Shown here in pieces: positions 58,791 through 64,000 of a DNA stretch of 64,000 bases. A program made the translations under genes and the position numbers. Origin of the DNA: the human T2T-CHM13v2.0 reference genome, Homo sapiens; NCBI GenBank assembly GCA_009914755.4, contig CP068257.2:28128001-28192000 (forward strand), in the 5' to 3' direction. A model generated the notes under the pieces. It did not search any database. It saw only the letters and a program-made list of their open reading frames with translations, and was not told the DNA's origin. Positions within the stretch are counted from its first letter, which is position 1; every line of letters starts with the position of its first letter.

Positions 58791-61771
58791 TCCTAAGCCC
58801 ACAGTGTTTGTAAATACCAACATATCTACTCACTTGAAACTCCTGAGCAATATCCTATAAAGTTGAGACCCACAAAACTGTTAGGAGCACCAACCCTCCC
58901 AACACACAGTAAAAAAAAAAAAAAATCCATGTATAACTGTTCATTTCCCCAAAACTTAACTCCTAACAGCCTACTGTTGACCAAAGGCCTTGCCCATAAT
59001 ATAAATGATTGATTAACACAGATTTTGTATATTCTATGTATTAGATACTGTATTCTTTCAATAAAGTAAGCCAAAAAATGTGAAGAAAACCATGAGAAAA
59101 ATACATTTACAATATTGGACTATATGTACCTGTGCTGTAAGTTTACATTGTCTGTTTATAAGATGAATTGTCTGCAACTGCAGTTGCAGGCCTCAGTCTA
59201 TGGCACATATCAAGCAATTCAACTTTTTCTTGTAGTGTTGTGACATTTTTCTGCTTCTTTGGAGCACTTCCAGCATCACCAGTGGCACTCTGTATGGGTC
59301 CCATGCTGTTATTAAAGGTTTACAGTATTGCACTAAACAGGATGAAAAACACATGAGAACCATGAGAGGTCACTTTTTACTGAGGTTCACAATTTACTGA
59401 AGACAGGAATCCTCATGGGGAGATATTAGTGTCACACCATGTTTTAAGCAGATATTCGTAACACTTAAGTTCCCTGCAATAGGAAGGAGGTGGCTACAAA
59501 ATTATTACCGTAGTATAGTATGTACAAGAGTTATAATCTGCATCTTTATATTTGTTTACATTTCTCGCTATTGCAAATGGTGCCATGTATGGTCTGTAAG
59601 TGGTTGTGTAAGTTTTTATAAATTTTAACTTTTTATAATAGATTTGTATATAGTTTATGGTTGTAAGTGATAAAATAGACTAGTATCTATTTTATCATAC
59701 ATTTTATGTACTCATGACACACAACTTTTTATTAATTGTTAAAATACTTGTAGGCTATGCAATTCTTCTGTAAGCTTTTCCAAATTCTCACAAATCTCCA
59801 AAAATTTACCAATATATTGAAAAAATATTTGCATATAAGTGGACCAACCTAGTTCAAACTTGTGTTGTTCAAAGGTCAACTGTACATGTATTGGGATTCT
59901 TTTGAGGGGAGGTAGTTTTTAAAATTTGAGTCTATTTTTAAAACTTCAGCCTACTGATCAAGTGAAGGCATCAGGAAAGTGTTTCTGTAAATGGTTGCAT
60001 AGCATATATTGTAGAGTCTCTGGGCCATACAGTCACTAATGCAACCATTCCACTCTGCAATAGTGCTAAGGCAACCATAGACAATATGTAAACAAAATGG
60101 GCATGGTTGTATTTCAATAAAACTTTATTTACAAAAACTGGGGACAGAACAAATTTGGCTTATGGGATGTAGTTTCCTGACCCTTGAATATTGTAGTAGC
60201 ATGGATGTTGTTGTGTTAAGTAATATTCTGTCTAATAAGCATAGCCCAAAGCTGTTTCATGACTTTAGCAGACAATTCTACTTTGTTCCAATGTACCCAT
60301 GCTTATTTTCTTTTTTGAAAACAAAACCCATAATTTTTTAGATGGACTTATGACTGCTCAGAATAGACGGCCCCTCATCCACAACCCCTTGCAACAAGCT
60401 GTTTCCATGTGACAAGTTCTGGCCAATGAGAAATAAGTAAATGTTACATGCACATCTTCTAGGAATTATCTATAAAAGAAGATAATCTCCTCTTTCTTGT
60501 GGGTTAATATATGGATGGACTTTCTGGAGTTCCAGCAGTTACCTTGGACCACGTCACCTATAGAATAAAACCACACACAATACAGCAGAGAGATCAAAGA
60601 AAACTAAGCTCTTCAACATAGGGCACCAAGACATCCTCGATCTAGACTTCTTTTATATGCAAGAGAAATAAGCCTCTATTTTTACTAGCTTGCTACTATT
60701 TGGGTTTTCAATCACACTCAGCCTAATCTAATCTTTCCTGATGCAATGACCAGGTATCAAGTACATCACTAAGTTGCACTTGTTCTAAAATATCGCAAAA
60801 TGGCAGGATGAGAAGGGGCTGGGACCTCAGAAAAGGGCATGGAACTTGACATTGTAAAACCTGAATCTGCCACTTCATGTGTGATCCTGGATAAGGTGCT
60901 TCAACATCACTGCTAGTTTCCTTGCCAATAAGATAGGGTTAGCTCCAGCTAATTTGCAGGTGTACTATGAAAGAAAAATGAAATAAAATATGCGAACATG
61001 AGAGACAATTATTTACTCCAATATTGGTAGAATATGTGTATTTAAATATGTATATAAATATGTCTGTAACTACATAATTTTTATGATAATAGGTATAAAT
61101 ATATATGCATGTATATATACATATAGAAGGACAGAAACAACACTGATGTATTAACTTTAGTTACCTTGGCAGGGTAAGAGTAAAGATAGTATGAGGGGAG
61201 ATTTTTAATTTGACCTTTATAGAGCTATGTATTTATTACAACAAATTTATTTACAAATCAAAATAACGAATGTAAATAAGCTATATATTCTTACATATAA
61301 TACATAAAATATAATGTAAATATACATAAATGTAGCTTAGTATAACACCATACAAATTTGAAGCTCATGTTTCTTGAAACTGGATATGAAAAACCATAAG
61401 AACCATCAGTTTTGGAAATAATTATTTTTTTGATCATAAGTGGAGGAAAGAATGTAGAAGGAGGAAAATTTTAGACAACTTGACCAAGGAGTACTCTTAC
61501 AAATAAGGCTGATCTGAATATATTCCAACCATGCTGTAAGATTTAAAGATTTTCTGAAGGTGCAAGATATCTTTTATCTCTCTGTACATTGACCTATACT
61601 GTTTTGTTTTAACCTGTGCTATTTCTTGCTTAAAAATCTTTTGTGTATCTGTTAACTCAAACTCCTTTGGCTTTTCAAAGCTTCTTTCAGCTCTCCCAAG
61701 CAGAATACATTTCTTCTTGAATATATATTTATATAGTCTTAGTGGCTGCATCTTACTTTGGAATAAAGTAG

Positions 61772-62016
61772 TATTTTTAGTTTAATGGGAATACCATGGA
61801 GGGTCATAAGAAGACAAAGAACAAGGAGTCTAACAGGATCCCACTAACTTCTCTGTGGAGAACAGATATAATGGGGCAAGGTCAAAAGCACAGAATCAGG
61901 GGAATTGCAATTTCTCTGGTGAGGGGTGGTGGTGACTTGGGTGATGGTGATGGTGAGACGTGGTCTGATGCTGGATATATTTTAAAGACAACTGGAAATT
62001 AATATATCTAATTATA
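61772..62016 (-). repeat. First copy of a ~245-bp local duplication. It is an L2-3'-UTR-derived segment that is not contiguous with the rest of an L2.
   Basis: About 88% identical to 62618-62866. It starts tatttttagtttaatggg and ends ttaatatatctaattata. Confidence 0.6.
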
Positions 62017-62134
62017 CACTATAAATATATAAATATATCCTCCATACACGATAAACATATTTGTTTTACCATCTCATCATTATTTATTTATATACTTTTA
62101 TTCCAAAGTAAGATGGGGCCTCTAAGACATTTTC

Positions 62135-62866
62135 TGTTTACCATTCATTCACTGAAAACATTTTTGTGAGTGTCTCCCACACCTCCGGCACTGTTTCACA
62201 TTCAGGGGTTATCATAGTATACAAATAGACAAGCAACCTCTTTTCATGAAGCTTACATTTCACTAGGGGAGACAAAAATACCAATGAAAAGTTAAACATA
62301 TAAAAAAAGTCAGATGGTGATAAGGACGAAAAGAAGGATCATTGTATGGGAAGTGGGCAAGGAGGTGCTTTTTAGACAGAATATTCAGAAAAGGCATCTC
62401 TGGTCAGATGTTACTTGCACAGGGAGCTCAGTAAACAAAAGGGTGGGCTTTCTGGGGGAGAAAAAACCTTGATGCAGGAGCATGTGGTCAGGTTAAAAGA
62501 ACTGCAAGTAAGTTGAAAAGACTGCAGTGAATGTGGCGAGAAGTCATTGCACGTGAATTCAGAGGACGAGAATCGAGATGGTTCAGGGACTGCTAGGTCA
62601 TGGTAAGGATTTCGCCTTATTTTTAGTTTAATGGCAATACTATGGAGGGTCATAAGAAGACAAAGAACAGCCGGTCGACTTTAACAGCATCCCACTGACT
62701 TCGCTGTGGAGAATAGATACAAAGGGGCAAGGTCAAAAACATAGGATCAGGGAGATTGCAATTGCTCTAGTGAGGAGTGATGGTGACTTGAGTGATGTTG
62801 ATGGTGAGACGTGGTCTGATGATAGGTATATTTTAAAGGCAACTAGAAATTAATATATCCAATTAT
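62135..62866 (-). mobile_element. Ancient L2 (LINE-2) 3'-UTR fragment in antisense orientation. Its last ~250 bp (62618-62866) form the second copy of the local duplication.
   Basis: Begins with the antisense of the L2/MIR 3' tail (cattcattcactgaaaacatttttgtgagtgtctcccac), then gcttacatttcactaggggagacaaaaataccaatg, gatggtgataagg, ggtcatggtaaggatttcgccttatttttagtttaatgg, gtggagaatagatacaaagggg. All of these match my memory of L2 3'-UTR consensus in antisense. Confidence 0.5.
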
Positions 62867-64000
62867 AGGAAAATGTTTAATATATTATTGTGGGAAGAAT
62901 TAATTATTTTAATAAATGATTAAAGATTAGAGCCAGAGACACTTATCATTTAAGGGATGATTAAAGAATAATTCGGTTCCTAAATGAGGAATCATCAAAG
63001 AAGTAAAAAGGATGTTGTGTGTTTCTTGGATTCTTGTTTAAAAGTTACAATTTCTTTTTTTAGAAAACTGAAGTTTATAGTGGCAAGAGCAAAGGCTTTA
63101 AAAAGCAGGATGGGGGAAGACTTTATGCTGTATTTCTAAGTTTTAAAACAATAGTGCATTATGATATTGAGAGTATGACTTGGGTGATTTAGAAGTTAGT
63201 GATGATGTAAAGAAAGCAAGATTATTTTTTCTTAATACAACTGAAAACATAGCTTATATTAACAAGAAACAAACTCATCAAAAAATTTACAGAATCTTGA
63301 TATCTGTGATGCTAGAGAGAAAAATATTCTGAGTATTTGTGCACTCTTTTAGATGATATATCTTTGAATAACACATGAATATGTTAATACTATGTAAATG
63401 ATGTTTTACTGGCTTTCTGGTTAAAAAGGGTAATGCAGCTACATTTGATCATGATGGGCTATTTTGCTAGTAGGATTTTTAAGTTTCTGTGAATCATTTT
63501 AAGAGATTACATAAAAGAAAAATATGAAAGCTGTACAAATGATCAAAATCTCACATTATTCTTAGAGAAAAGGAGTACTGGTCTAAATAGAAAACTTTGA
63601 GAAATATGTTTTCTAAATTACTGCCAAATACTATCCTTTACATAATTTTTAAGTCTGTAATGCACAGGCAGTCAGATTCTGGATCACGATGATTGTTTAG
63701 AAACCAGAATTGTTCTGAAAAATCGTATTTGAATGCTATTTTAGGGAGTGATCCTCTCTCTCCCCACACAAACCTGCCTGGTCTTGTTTAAAAGGAATTT
63801 CTGCTTCTTTTAGAATAATGTAACAAGTAACTTGGAGCCTCCTCTGTGCCTCCACAGGCACTCTTCTCCAAAGGAAGGTAGTGACATGGGATAATGAGAC
63901 TGAGAAAAGTGTAATGCACAGAGCTTGGGCTTTCTTCCTGCCCTCTGCACACACTTTTCTCTCTTCCTCATAACAAAATTCCTGGGTGACGATCTGTATA

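Overview
This window is primate, almost certainly human, nuclear DNA from a gene-poor, AT-rich intergenic or deep-intronic region, not a prokaryotic locus. I read it by eye, without alignment tools. It contains no exciting or previously undescribed biological system that I can support. One element, at 19512-19822, matches the human-enriched AluYb8 consensus almost exactly, including its diagnostic 7-bp duplication. I can support no protein-coding exon, RNA gene, CRISPR array or operon-like structure. Every long ORF in the supplied track lies inside Alu, L1, L2, LTR or Tigger sequence, or in low-complexity DNA. Recognisable transposable elements and microsatellites cover roughly a third of the sequence. 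I count 15 Alu insertions, many with intact target-site duplications. There is also an L1 3' end, two MaLR (THE1-type) solo LTRs, and two further ERVL/MaLR-type LTRs. Each of those two LTRs is interrupted by a later insertion. DNA transposons are represented by a Tigger1 copy with a nested Alu, two MER30-like hAT elements and one MADE1 MITE. Ancient L2 and MIR fragments and several (TG)n or polypyrimidine tracts make up the rest. Things worth a second look are the near-consensus AluYb8, three nested-insertion cases, a local ~250-bp duplication framed by a 37-bp inverted repeat, and small tandem duplications. Several short patches retain CpG dinucleotides far better than expected for old, methylated human DNA; the clearest are at 7.1-8.3 kb, 15.5-16.3 kb and 18.4 kb. 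These may be germline-hypomethylated or constrained regulatory sequence. All family names rest on my memory of consensus sequences, and coordinates are approximate to a few bp.
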